Of a DNA stretch of 64,000 bases, positions 48,199 through 58,380 are shown in pieces. A program made the position numbers and the translations under genes. The notes below the pieces were generated by a model. The model was not told the origin of the DNA. It saw only the letters and a list, made by a program, of their open reading frames with translations, and made no database searches. Numbering within the stretch: position 1 is the first letter of the stretch; every line of letters starts with the position of its first letter. Source of the stretch: Nitrosopumilaceae archaeon. GTDB lineage: Archaea > Thermoproteota > Nitrososphaeria > Nitrososphaerales > Nitrosopumilaceae. Location: the NCBI GenBank assembly GCA_965203465.1, contig CBDBCR010000001.1, forward strand, positions 352,001 through 416,000, written 5' to 3'.

Positions 48199-49326
48199 TT
48201 GGACCACATCACTCCCACCCCGCGGTACGCCGAAAAGATGCTAGAAAAGGCGCTGCGCCTGTACACGCCGTCGATGTCCGAGGGTCCGCTGGCCGAATTC
48301 TTGGCGGACAAGTGCGACGACCTGGGCTTCGAGGACATACGAATAGACGAGGCCGGCAACCTCGTGGCGAGGAAGGGGCGCGGGCGGCCCGTGATCATGC
48401 TGTGCAGCCACATGGACACGGTGCCGGGGCGCATACGCGTCAGGAGGGACGGGGACCTGCTGTACGGGCGCGGCTCGTCGGACGCGAAGGGGCCGCTCAT
48501 GGCGATGCTCTTCGCCGCGGCGTCGGCCTCGGACTGCACCGTCGTGTTCGTGGGGGCAGTCGACGAGGAGGGAAACGCGGCCGGCATAAAGCACCTGGCC
48601 AGCCAAAAGCTGGACATCGACTACGCCATATTCGGCGAGCCCAGCGGCCTCCACCAGGTGACGGTCGGCTACAAGGGGAGGCTGGCCATCAGCCTGCGCG
48701 TGGACGCGGGCGACAGCTCGCACGCGAGCGCCCCCTGGCTTTCAAAGAACGCCATAGAAGAGTCGGCGGTCTTTACGGCGCGCCTCAAAAAGGCGCTCGA
48801 ATCGGGCCAGGAGGGCAGGCAGCGCGCCCTGATGCTGACGGCCACGGTGACCGAGGTCAAGGGGGGCACCAGCCACAACGTCACCCCAAAAGAGTGCGAG
48901 ACGACCATGGACATACGGATACCCGCCGACGCGGGCTGCAAGGCCGTCGAGGAGAGGATAGCCACGGCGGTTCGCGAGATCTCGCGCGAGCGCGGCGTCG
49001 AGGCGTTCTATTCCATACTCGACGAGACCGAGCCGTTCGAGACCGAGCCGCGCTCGATGCTGGTGCGGGCCCTGACGCTGGCCGTGCGCGAGTGCGAGAA
49101 CGAGCACCCCTCGCTCATACGCAAGACCGGCACCGGGGACATGAACGTGATAGGCAACCGCATGTCGGTGCCCGTGGTCACGTACGGCCCCGGCGATCCG
49201 CACCTGGCCCACACGATGGAGGAGCGCATCTCGGTGGACGAGTACCTGCGCGGCATCGAGGTGCTAAAGGCGGCCATACGGCAGATAAAGCGGCTTCACG
49301 ACAGGGAGTCGGCCCGGCGGAAATGA
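48199..49326 (+). CDS. lysK: [LysW]-lysine/ornithine hydrolase (M20 family)
   Basis: SHMDTVPG, GRGSSDAKG, KTGTGDMN, YGPGD. Confidence 0.92.
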   Translation: MDHITPTPRYAEKMLEKALRLYTPSMSEGPLAEFLADKCDDLGFEDIRIDEAGNLVARKGRGRPVIMLCSHMDTVPGRIRVRRDGDLLYGRGSSDAKGPLMAMLFAAASASDCTVVFVGAVDEEGNAAGIKHLASQKLDIDYAIFGEPSGLHQVTVGYKGRLAISLRVDAGDSSHASAPWLSKNAIEESAVFTARLKKALESGQEGRQRALMLTATVTEVKGGTSHNVTPKECETTMDIRIPADAGCKAVEERIATAVREISRERGVEAFYSILDETEPFETEPRSMLVRALTLAVRECENEHPSLIRKTGTGDMNVIGNRMSVPVVTYGPGDPHLAHTMEERISVDEYLRGIEVLKAAIRQIKRLHDRESARRK

Positions 49327-50384
49327 CCCTGTGGTTCGTCGGCGCCGGCCTGTGCGGGTACGGCGGCATGTCGCCCGACGCCCGCCGCGCGGTCTCGCGC
49401 TCGGCGGCCGTGTACGCCGACGTCTTTACCAGCCCGCTAGGCGACGGCGACCTGGAGAGCCTCTCGGGCATGGCCGGCGGCCGCGTGATCCGAGCCGAGC
49501 GCTGGATGGTCGAGGACGGCCGGCGGATACTAAAGTCCGCATCGGAGGGGGACGCGGCGCTCGTCTCCTGCGGGGATCCGTACGCGGCCACGACGCACGC
49601 GGAGCTGCGCACGCGCGCCGAGCTTGCCGGCATACCCACGCGCACGGTGCCGGCCCCGTCGGCGCCCTGGTCGGCGCTGGGCGAGTGCGGGCTGCACCAC
49701 TACAAGGCCGGGCGCACGGCCACCGTCATGGAGGACGCGCGCTCGTCCGAATCGACCTACTACGCGGTGCAGCGTAACATGGCCGCCGGCAGCCACACCG
49801 TCCTGCTGCTAGAGTACGACGCCTCGCGCGGCTTTTTCCTGGAGCCGGCAGCCGCGCTGCGCCTGCTGCTCGCGGCCGAGGAGGGGCAGCGGCGCGGGGC
49901 CGTCACGCCCGGCACGTTCTGCGTGGTGGCCTCGCGCGTGGGATCCGAAGGCCAGGCCGTCACGTCGGGCCTGGCCGGCAGGCTCCGCTCGATGGACTTT
50001 GGCGCCCCCCCGCACCTGATCATAGTGCCGGGCAGCCTGCACTTTACCGAGCGCGACTCGCTCAAGGCCCTGACGCGCTGCCTCGACGAACCGGTCTCCA
50101 ACTCTTCCGAGACGGTCGCGCGGCAGATGGTCTCGAGGTACGCGCCGGCCCTCGAAAAGTCGATCGCGGAGACTGAAAAGCTGTGCCGGCAGGAGGGGGC
50201 CGGGGCGGCGCTGGAGAACGCGAGGCTGTACGCGCGCGACGCCGAGGACTTTATGGACAGAGGCCGCGAGGAGACGGCCGTCCTCTGCGTCGGGTACGCC
50301 GAGGGGCTGCTCGACGGGCTGCGCCTGGCCTCGGGGCTGGACCCGGTGGGGGCCGGGCCGGGCGCCGGAGACGGGGGCGGCTAG
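49323..50384 (+). CDS. dph5: Diphthine synthase with a C-terminal DUF357-like domain
   Basis: GDPYAATTH, GLHHYKAG, GAPPHL, GYAEGLLDGLR. Confidence 0.9.
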   Translation: MTLWFVGAGLCGYGGMSPDARRAVSRSAAVYADVFTSPLGDGDLESLSGMAGGRVIRAERWMVEDGRRILKSASEGDAALVSCGDPYAATTHAELRTRAELAGIPTRTVPAPSAPWSALGECGLHHYKAGRTATVMEDARSSESTYYAVQRNMAAGSHTVLLLEYDASRGFFLEPAAALRLLLAAEEGQRRGAVTPGTFCVVASRVGSEGQAVTSGLAGRLRSMDFGAPPHLIIVPGSLHFTERDSLKALTRCLDEPVSNSSETVARQMVSRYAPALEKSIAETEKLCRQEGAGAALENARLYARDAEDFMDRGREETAVLCVGYAEGLLDGLRLASGLDPVGAGPGAGDGGG

Positions 50385-50538
50385 CGGCCTCCGTCCGCCG
50401 GGATCGGGGGATCTTGAAGCCGTCCTGCGTTCGTAAACACCGCCTCGGGCTAGGGCGTGCCTGCCTGCGCCTCTTGCCCAAACGCTTCCAGCAGCTCACT
50501 CCGGCTCATACGCTAGGCGACACGTGCAAAAATTCCGG

Positions 50539-51002
50539 TTATTTGTTCAAGCGCCCAAAAGAACCATCCGTAGTGAAACGCAGACACACCCGCACGGCGG
50601 GCAAGATGCGCGTGTTCAATATCTGCGGGCCCCGAGCCGGAGTATCGATATCTCTTGGACGTAATTCCTACTGGGATGGGCTGTCTGCTGATCTCTAACA
50701 AGATCTGTCTGCAATAGTCGCTTGGGCGTAAATCGGGCGTGTACGATTCAAGCTTACCGTGCTCGTCCATATTTGGTATATATTTTATAAACTCTGCAAT
50801 AGCGTTTGTGCATCTTGATGTAGCAGCAGATTGAACACGTTCTGTCTCAATTGTTCGATCCAACGCCCCCCACAGTTTTTCTTCTTAGCACGTGTATAGT
50901 TTCTAACAGTACTACGTGAGACGCAACTACAATTCTGTCGTTGAGCATGTGCGCCGCCCAAATACCGCCGTCGTAATATTCGAGTTGTGGATCAGATGCC
51001 AC
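50539..51002 (-). pseudogene. PIN (VapC-like) toxin remnant, multiply frameshifted
   Basis: YYDGGIW, VLLETIHVLRRK, DIEHAHLA and FTTD fall in different frames; low GC. Confidence 0.7.
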
Positions 51003-51291
51003 TTCTAACAGATCGTATAATGTCCAAAGAATCCTCGCCCCCATCTACGTAATCCTCCAACAGGCCTTCTATGGTCTTTGGCGCATCCCCGTTGTATTCT
51101 ATGCCCAACAGCTCCCGTATACTGCGCAGTTGGCGCGTCGAATCGAGTCGCCGCGCTGAGTTTTGCCTCCTTTCGGCGTCTTGGATTCTCCCAACCGCCG
51201 AACGCGGGGTTCCAGCACCTGGATTCGAATCACGTCCTGTGCGCAACGTATCTGACTTGTTCGACACACGCCAGCCAACCACGCTGGCCAT
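50992..51291 (-). CDS. Putative VapB-like antitoxin
   Basis: Small ORF overlapping the PIN start; C-terminal DSLDIIRSVR. Confidence 0.55.
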   Translation of the reverse strand: MASVVGWRVSNKSDTLRTGRDSNPGAGTPRSAVGRIQDAERRQNSARRLDSTRQLRSIRELLGIEYNGDAPKTIEGLLEDYVDGGEDSLDIIRSVRSGI

Positions 51292-51861
51292 ATCGACGTT
51301 TTATCCCGCAATTCTTGTAGCGCACATCCAGTCCGGGCCGCCTAACGCATACGCCAATCTTGCCCGGCAAGACTGCATGCAGCCTCGGCCGGCGGCGCGG
51401 CCAGGCAACACGGCGGGCCGCCCTTGCCCGCGGCGGCACCGGCTAGCGCAGGGCGGCTTTGCGGGCAGCCTGCGCGCTACTGCAGAGCCGCGCTCCAACC
51501 GCGCCCGCGGCGGCACCGTCTCCGATTCGTGGGAGTCCGCGGTTAGGCGCGGCCGGAAGCATGCAGTATCCGCCTGCCAGGATCTCCTACCCGGGCCAAC
51601 CCGGGACGGGCCGGATCTTCCCGGCCTCGGGCGCGAGATCGCGCGCTGCAGGATACGGGCGGCCGCGGCGCAAGGCCGGAGCCGAACCGGCAGGCGCAGA
51701 TTGCGCGCTACCGGCAAAAGGGCGCGAGTTCGCGGCCCGTCACCCCGCCCTGGCCGGGATCGGGCCCTGCCTCGGGGCGCACCTGCCCGCGAACTGGAAG
51801 CCGAGCCCCCGATGGCGGCCCTGAGTAATGTATATATCGCAGGCGCGGGCGGGCGGGGGTA

Positions 51862-52131
51862 ATGACCCCTATCGTAGGAACGTTCCTAAACGTCCTCTCG
51901 GCCCTGACGGGCCAGCTGGGTCCCAACTACGACCCGCTCTTCTACGATGTCATGATTTACATATTCGGAACCATGATGTTCGTAGTCTTCCTACTGGGCA
52001 TCATTGCGTTTTGGCTCCGCGTCCACGGCTGGTCCTACAAGGACAACCGTGAGAAGTGGGTCGACGAGCTCGACAAGCACTTTGAAAGGGAAGGCATCGG
52101 CCTCATCCCCGACAACGGCAAGTACTGGTAG
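51862..52131 (+). CDS. Small single-TM membrane protein near the amo genes
   Basis: TATATA box upstream, one long TM helix, T-rich 3' signal. Confidence 0.8.
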   Translation: MTPIVGTFLNVLSALTGQLGPNYDPLFYDVMIYIFGTMMFVVFLLGIIAFWLRVHGWSYKDNREKWVDELDKHFEREGIGLIPDNGKYW

Positions 52132-52284
52132 GAACCATTTTTTCATTCTCGGCGCGGCCCGCGGGCCCGCCAAATTTTTGCGCGCCGGGGCGCGGGCGCC
52201 TATTCTGACGGTCGCGCAGGATTTGGCCCCCGCCTGCGCGGGGGCGGAATTTTCAACGCCCGCCCGGACGAATCTGCCGCCGGC

Positions 52285-52809
52285 CTACAGGTCGGGCGGA
52301 AGGAAGTCGCTGTCGCTGCTGCTGTCGTAGGCCTTTGAGACGAACTCGGCCTTGTAGGACGCCCCGTCTATGAGCTCGTGGTTGATGAACTTGTCCGACT
52401 CGCGGCCGTCCACCAGGATCCTGGACTTTGACTGCTCCATGTCCCTTATCGGAAACTCCCACATCCACAGAAAGTGGCCTATCTCGAACGGGTACTCTTC
52501 TGTCCATTCGGCGTACACGGTGCCGCTCGAATCTATCGTGTACATCGATCTCTGGCAGCCGCCCTCCTCAAAGCCCACCCTAGCGGGTATCTCGGCCTCG
52601 GCGCCGTCCACGTACAGCTCGAGGCTGGCGGAGACCGAGTACCTCGTGTCCCTTTCGTTGATGCACGACTTTAGCGGATCGTTCTGGGCCCACTGGCCCT
52701 GGATCAGGCTGCTGGCCACCCCCACCGATATGGCTATGATGCCGGTCAGCAGCAGGAACTTTAGCGTCTTTTTCCTCTTTGTGGGATCGCCCATGCCCGG
52801 CCAGATCAT
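52285..52809 (-). CDS. Membrane-anchored exported hypothetical protein
   Basis: Basic N-terminus plus TM helix and two Cys; downstream of amoB. Confidence 0.85.
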   Translation of the reverse strand: MIWPGMGDPTKRKKTLKFLLLTGIIAISVGVASSLIQGQWAQNDPLKSCINERDTRYSVSASLELYVDGAEAEIPARVGFEEGGCQRSMYTIDSSGTVYAEWTEEYPFEIGHFLWMWEFPIRDMEQSKSRILVDGRESDKFINHELIDGASYKAEFVSKAYDSSSDSDFLPPDL

Positions 52810-53062
52810 GTACGGGGGCCGGGGCCGGTTTCCATAAAGTCTTTTGGATCGAGCGGCCGCCGGCTTTTTTCGGCCCGCGCCCGAGCGCGCCGCGTATCTT
52901 TAAGCCGGTACCCGTCTAGCGGCCCGCAGCTTTGCGGCGCGCCCTAGATCCCGCGATCGCCGCGCACGAACGCTTACTCCTACAGCGCGCAGCGGCGATC
53001 GAAGCCTCGCTGCCGGAAAGCGCGGCGCGCGCACCCGCGGCCGGCCCGGCGCGCGGGCGGTT

Positions 53063-53073
53063 AAAATGAAAAA
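53063..53073 (-). terminator. T-rich terminator of amoB (TTTTTCATTTT)
   Basis: About 10 nt after the stop; the same motif follows amoC and 51862..52131. Confidence 0.6.
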
Positions 53074-53083
53074 GGGGGTTTGG

Positions 53084-53656
53084 CTATATTACCTGCCAGG
53101 GCCTGGTGGCGAAAGTGATCACGTAGCCGACGCCGATGATGATCGACTGGTACGCTATGTTGGTGTACGGAATGGGCTTTATGATCGGCTCGCCTTCCAC
53201 CACGACCGTCTGGCCAGGACCGAGCCCCGGGCCTACCGAGGCTACGTTGAGCTGGGTGTGGACGTGGTAGACGCCTTCCTCGAGCGCCTTTGCAGAGATC
53301 GAGTAGGGGCGGACTTCGTTTCCTCCGATGTCAAAGACGTTGCCGGGCGGATCCCTGGCGAGGATCTCCCACCTGTTGCCCGCGTTGGTAGATTCCGAAA
53401 AGATGGATATCCATCCCCTCAGGTTCCTCTCGACCAAGCTGACGAGCTGGCCGTTGAGGGTCAGCGTCTCGCCGGTCTGGAGCGACTGCCTGTTAAACGT
53501 CTCGTTTTCGATCTTTATGAAGCGGCTCTGCAGTTGGGCCTGGACACCGTGGGCGTCTGCCGAAGGCACGATGGTCTCAACCCAGTTGAAACCGAGCGTG
53601 CCTAGCGCCAGAACGGCCGCGATCCCGGCCACGATAATTTTGTTGGTCTTTACCAT
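53084..53656 (-). CDS. amoB: Ammonia monooxygenase subunit B
   Basis: ADAHGVQAQLQSRF, YHVHTQLNV, TRPWQVI. Confidence 0.98.
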   Translation of the reverse strand: MVKTNKIIVAGIAAVLALGTLGFNWVETIVPSADAHGVQAQLQSRFIKIENETFNRQSLQTGETLTLNGQLVSLVERNLRGWISIFSESTNAGNRWEILARDPPGNVFDIGGNEVRPYSISAKALEEGVYHVHTQLNVASVGPGLGPGQTVVVEGEPIIKPIPYTNIAYQSIIIGVGYVITFATRPWQVI

Positions 53657-53986
53657 GCTAATCCCTTGGGGCGACGGCCGGCGCCTGTCGTTATATGTTT
53701 TGCCTTGGCCGCTTCCCCGGCGCGGGCGTCCAGCCTGGGCGGCGCCCGGCGCGCCCAAAGGCCGGCGGGGCATGCCGCTTCCAGTAGCCGGGCGTGCAAA
53801 ATCAACATCGATGTTCAACATCGCTCCTGCTTGACAGGGGGCAAAAATAATCCCAAAACTTGCCGGCCTTGAATGCATATTTTGCGTCGTATGGGGCCCG
53901 TATATCTGTATAATAGAAATAAAGGCCTGTTTTTCCTACCGAAAGAGCCTCTAGCTTTATATCCAGAACTCACGTCTCCGTGCCAA

Positions 53987-54550
53987 ATGGCACAAATGCC
54001 CGCACTGATCCCCAAAGAGGTCGAGATCCAGAGGCTCAAGAAGATCTGGCTCATCGTCATCGCAATGGGATCTACCGCAGCGTCTGTCGAGGTTGACAAC
54101 TTCGTAGACGGCTCCCTGCACCAGACTTCCATCAGGGATAGCGCGTTCACGCCGGCACACTGGTGGCTCTACTCTCACTTCGTAGCGCTGCCTCTGGGCT
54201 GGGGTTCCGTGGCTATCTATGACAGGAAGGTGCCCGTGCTCAGGGGCCCCAACAACTCGATGAACACCGGCCTAAAGATGACCATACTCGGTTATCTTGC
54301 GACCATGTTCACGATCGGGGTCAACGAGATGTGGCACTTTTGGTTCGTAGAGGAGATATTCGCGGTTCCAAACCACTGGATGTTCAACATGGGCGTCGTC
54401 GTGGCGTTCATGGGAGCCTTGGCCTACGTGGTCAGGGTCTACGCCAGGCTCGTAGAGCTGGGCGCGGAGACACCCGGCGAAAACCCCTATGTCGCGGAAA
54501 TGTACAAGATGGCCCTAGAGGGCAAGCTGTACAGCCGCGCCATACCCTAG
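53987..54550 (+). CDS. amoC: Ammonia monooxygenase subunit C
   Basis: MAQMPALIPKEVEIQRLKK, DGSLHQT, FTPAHWW, NEMWHFWFVEE. Confidence 0.98.
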   Translation: MAQMPALIPKEVEIQRLKKIWLIVIAMGSTAASVEVDNFVDGSLHQTSIRDSAFTPAHWWLYSHFVALPLGWGSVAIYDRKVPVLRGPNNSMNTGLKMTILGYLATMFTIGVNEMWHFWFVEEIFAVPNHWMFNMGVVVAFMGALAYVVRVYARLVELGAETPGENPYVAEMYKMALEGKLYSRAIP

Positions 54551-54573
54551 GCGGAACCGCCTTTTTTCATTTT
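54551..54573 (+). terminator. amoC terminator (GCGG-AA-CCGC plus TTTTTTCATTTT)
   Basis: Immediately after the stop codon. Confidence 0.6.
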
Positions 54574-54634
54574 ACATGGCGCCTTAGGGGCCGCGCTTCG
54601 TGGATTTATTTACCTCGCCCCGAGGGGGGCGGCC

Positions 54635-55072
54635 GTGCGGTTCCCGTCCGAGTACCTTAGGCTGAACCGGAACCTGCTGGCCGGCTTCGCCTCGTCGTTC
54701 ACCATATCGTCGCTGGTGGCCCAGTCGCTCTCGGATCAGGAGCACCACGCCAACGCCAGCTACACGCTGGCGGCCGACTACGCCGTGTTCTTCGGGGTGT
54801 TCGGCGGCCTCACGTACTTTTGCAACCGGCGCAAGTACGGCAGGGGCGGGATGGAGCGCGGCAGGCTCCGGCAGCACCTGGCGCGGTTCATCGGATCTTT
54901 GGGGGTCGGCGAGGTGGCCTATTCCATCTCGCGCTGGGCGCTCCACTATTACTTTCTGGAGGCAGGGTACGACCCCTACGCGGCGTCGCTGACGGCGCAC
55001 GCCGCCTCGTCGGCCATCTATTTCACGGTGGTGAACCTGAGCATGCGCGCGACGCGGGCGTACAGGCAGTAG
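54635..55072 (+). CDS. GtrA-like small membrane protein
   Basis: Four hydrophobic helices in a repeated pattern. Confidence 0.7.
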   Translation: MRFPSEYLRLNRNLLAGFASSFTISSLVAQSLSDQEHHANASYTLAADYAVFFGVFGGLTYFCNRRKYGRGGMERGRLRQHLARFIGSLGVGEVAYSISRWALHYYFLEAGYDPYAASLTAHAASSAIYFTVVNLSMRATRAYRQ

Positions 55073-55443
55073 CGCCGGCCCGCGCTTTCCGGCGTGAAAA
55101 ACAAAAAAGAACGGATAAAGATCGGCTTGGCAGGGCCGTTCATGTCGTGGACCGCGTTGGACATAGGCGCCGGAATAAAGTGGCCCGCGAGGCCGGCAGG
55201 GATAACAAGGCGGCGCCGGATTCCCCGGGAGTCTCAACGGGAGTCGCAAAAAGAGACTAGCGAGATGACGGCAAAGTCGACGGACAGGATGTCAGAATCG
55301 AGACAACACCGCAAAGCTGCTAGAGCGCGTGCTAAAGAACGCCGGCGCGGCCCGGCCGGTTTTCGGCCGGGGGCTGCGGACAAAAAGGGGCCGCGCCCCG
55401 GCAGCCGGCGTAGGTTTATTATGCAAAATCGGAGGGCTCCGGC

Positions 55444-57525
55444 GTGGCGTCCGTGTTCCTCTCGCCCCGCTCGATAGCGGTGATCGGAGCATCGGACCGG
55501 CCCGGCAGCGTGGGGGCCACCATAACCAACAACCTGATCAAGAGCTTCAAGGGGAAGATACTGCCCATAAGCCCCACGCGCGACACGGTCTTCGGCAAAA
55601 AGGCGTACAAGAGCGTGCTCGAGGCGCCCGGCAGGATAGACCTCGCCGTCATCGTCATACGCAACACGCTCGTGGCCCAGGCGCTCGACGAGTGCGGCAG
55701 AAAAGGCGTGGGCGGCGCGGTCATAATCACGGCCGGCTTCAAGGAGGTAGACGAGGAGGGCGCGCGCCGCGAGGCGCAGCTGCGCGAGATCGCCGAAAAG
55801 TACGGCATCGACGTGATCGGGCCAAACTGCCTGGGCGTGATGAACCTCGATCCCAAGACCATGATGAACTCTACGTTCCTGAAGGTCACGCCAAAGGCGG
55901 GCAAGATAGCGCTCGTATCGCAGAGCGGGGCCATATGCGCGGCGCTCGTCGAGGACGCGAGCGCGCAGGGGATAGGGTTCTCGGCCGTGGTGAGCATGGG
56001 CAACAAGGCGGCCATGAGCGAGGTCGACGTGCTCGAGATGCTCGCGGAGCACCGGCAGACCGAGGTCATAGTGATGTACCTGGAGGACATGGGCGACGGC
56101 AGGGAGTTCATGCGCGTGTGCAAAAAGCTGACGCGCGAGCTCAAAAAGCCGGTGCTCGTCCTAAAGTCGGGGCGCAGCCCAGAGGGCGCCAAGGCCGCCA
56201 TGTCGCACACCGGGGCCCTGATGGGCTCGGACGAGATCTACGACGCGCTGCTGCGCCAGTCCGGCGCCATCAGGGTGGACACCATGGAGGAGCTGTTCGA
56301 CTACGCGACCGCCTTTTCAAAGCAGCCGCTCCCGCGCGACGGCCTCGCGATCGTCTCCAACGCGGGCGGGCCGGCCATAATCTCGACGGACGCCTGCTCG
56401 CGCATGGGCATAAAGATGGCCGACATCTCGTCGGTGCGCAAAAAAATAGACGCGGTGATACCGCCGTGGGGCAGCTCGCGCAACCCGGTCGACATAGTGG
56501 GCGACGCCGACTATGCGCGCTTCGAGGGGGTGCTCGGCCACGTGCTCTCGCACAAGAACGTCGGCTCGGTGATCGTCATGTGCACGCCGTCGGGGACGCT
56601 GGACTACGACGGCCTCGCGCGAGTGGTGGTAAAGGCCTCCAAAAAGCACCGCAAGACCGTACTTGCGAGCCTCATGGGCCTCGACGAGGGCACGACGAAC
56701 AGGCAGATACTGGCAGAGGGCAGCGTGCCCTACTACACGTACGCGGAGGGGGCCATACGGGCCCTCTCGGCGATGCTGAGGTTCTCGGAGTGGTCGGGCC
56801 TGCCGGCGGGCAGGCCCAGAAAGTTCAAGGCCGACAAAAAGGCGGCGCTGGAGATAATCGCGGGAGCGCGCGCGCAGGGGCGCGACGCGCTACTCGAAGA
56901 CGAGGGGCAGCGCGTGCTCAAAGCCTACGGCCTGCCGCTGCCCGAAAGCGGCCTTGCGCGCACCGAAAAGGAGGCCGCCGAGCTTGCGCGCAAGATCGGG
57001 TACCCGGTGGTGCTCAAGGTGTCTTCGCCGCAGATAATACACAAGTCCGACGCGGGCGGCGTCGAGGTCGGCCTGAAATCGGACGCCGAGGTGCGCTCCG
57101 CTTTCCGGAGGATAAAGGCGTGCGCGAAAAAGTTCGACCGCAAGGCCGAGGTGCGCGGCGTCATAGTGTCGGAGATGGTCTCGGGCGGGCGCGAGATGAT
57201 AGTGGGATCAAAGGCCGAGCCGGGCTTCGGGCAGGTGCTGATGCTGGGCATGGGCGGCATATACGTCGAGGCGCTAAAGGACGTCACGTTCCGGCTCGCG
57301 CCGGTCTCGCCGCGCGAGGCCTCCTCGATGGCCCCGTCCCTGCAGGCCTCCAAGCTTCTCTCGGGCGTGCGCGGCGAGGCGCCGTCGGACGAGGCAGCGC
57401 TCTCCGAGTGCGTGCAGCGGCTCTCGCAGCTGGTCTCGGATCTGGACGTGCGCGAGCTGGACATGAACCCAGTGCTGGTGCTCGAAAAGGGCTGTAGGGT
57501 GCTCGACGTCAGGATCGGGATCTGA
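55444..57525 (+). CDS. ADP-forming acyl-CoA ligase, probably the 4-hydroxybutyrate-CoA ligase of the HP/HB cycle
   Basis: SPRSIAVIGAS, GPNCLG, SHTGAL, HKSDAGGV; alpha-beta domain order as recalled for the thaumarchaeal 4-HB-CoA ligase. Confidence 0.88.
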   Translation: MASVFLSPRSIAVIGASDRPGSVGATITNNLIKSFKGKILPISPTRDTVFGKKAYKSVLEAPGRIDLAVIVIRNTLVAQALDECGRKGVGGAVIITAGFKEVDEEGARREAQLREIAEKYGIDVIGPNCLGVMNLDPKTMMNSTFLKVTPKAGKIALVSQSGAICAALVEDASAQGIGFSAVVSMGNKAAMSEVDVLEMLAEHRQTEVIVMYLEDMGDGREFMRVCKKLTRELKKPVLVLKSGRSPEGAKAAMSHTGALMGSDEIYDALLRQSGAIRVDTMEELFDYATAFSKQPLPRDGLAIVSNAGGPAIISTDACSRMGIKMADISSVRKKIDAVIPPWGSSRNPVDIVGDADYARFEGVLGHVLSHKNVGSVIVMCTPSGTLDYDGLARVVVKASKKHRKTVLASLMGLDEGTTNRQILAEGSVPYYTYAEGAIRALSAMLRFSEWSGLPAGRPRKFKADKKAALEIIAGARAQGRDALLEDEGQRVLKAYGLPLPESGLARTEKEAAELARKIGYPVVLKVSSPQIIHKSDAGGVEVGLKSDAEVRSAFRRIKACAKKFDRKAEVRGVIVSEMVSGGREMIVGSKAEPGFGQVLMLGMGGIYVEALKDVTFRLAPVSPREASSMAPSLQASKLLSGVRGEAPSDEAALSECVQRLSQLVSDLDVRELDMNPVLVLEKGCRVLDVRIGI

Positions 57526-58380
57526 TTGAACGTTGAACAGATATCGGCGACCTCGGCGTGCGTGCTGATACTGGAGGGCGGGCGGGTGCATTCGAGCCCG
57601 GCCTCGCGCAGGTTCCGCCGCATGCTGGATCTGAATCCGGGGCGGCGCTTTGCAGACGAGTGCACGTCCGCCTGGCCGCACTACGACAAGGTGGTCGTGT
57701 ACCGCAAGTGGAAGATACTCCAGCTTGCGAGGGAGGCGGTGCGCTCCGGCGCTAGGCAAGTCGCGGTCTTTGGCGCCGGCCTCGACGCGCTGTCCGTCGA
57801 GCTTGCCTCGGAGGGCGCGCGCGTCTTTGAAGTCGACGTGGCAAACATGGGCGCAAAGGCGCGCATGCTCGAAAGGCTGGGGCTCTCCGGCAGGGTCTCG
57901 TGCGTCACCGCGGATGTGGCAGACGCGGGTTCGGTGGACGCGGGCCTCGCGGGGAACGGCTGGGATCCCTCCGCGCCGTCGCTGCTGGTCTTCGAGGGGA
58001 TATCGTACTACGTGGAGCCCGATGCGCTGTGGGGGACGGTCCGGCGCCTCTGCAAAAGGGGCCGCGTGATACTAGAGTACTTTTTGCCCCCCTCTGAATT
58101 CGACCCGGCGGTGGCCGGCATCGCGGCCCACCCGTTCAACGTCATATCGCGCGACGCAAAGCTGGAGATACGCAGGTACTCGCGCGCCGAGGTGGCCGGG
58201 CGCGCCGAGGGCCTGGGCGGGCGCATGCTCAGCGCCGACGGCATGCACCAGATAGAGCTCGCGCGCGAGCGGTCCGCCTCGGTCTTTCCCACGCCGGGGA
58301 GCGGGTGGATAGAGGTGTGCTGTTTCGAGATGCGGGGGGCGGGATTCGAACCCGCGGACTCCTCAAAGACAGGGTCCTAA
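57526..58380 (+). CDS. Class I SAM-dependent methyltransferase (LCM family)
   Basis: FGAGLD, FEVD, FEGISYY; the 3' end overlaps tRNA-Leu antisense. Confidence 0.85.
   Translation: MNVEQISATSACVLILEGGRVHSSPASRRFRRMLDLNPGRRFADECTSAWPHYDKVVVYRKWKILQLAREAVRSGARQVAVFGAGLDALSVELASEGARVFEVDVANMGAKARMLERLGLSGRVSCVTADVADAGSVDAGLAGNGWDPSAPSLLVFEGISYYVEPDALWGTVRRLCKRGRVILEYFLPPSEFDPAVAGIAAHPFNVISRDAKLEIRRYSRAEVAGRAEGLGGRMLSADGMHQIELARERSASVFPTPGSGWIEVCCFEMRGAGFEPADSSKTGS

Noticed and set aside
51360-51850. GC-rich spacer as an ncRNA or gene
   Set aside because: No recognisable RNA family signature or protein motif.
55073-55443. ORF 55094..55477 or an amoX remnant
   Set aside because: No TM segments or amoX-like motifs; composition looks non-coding.
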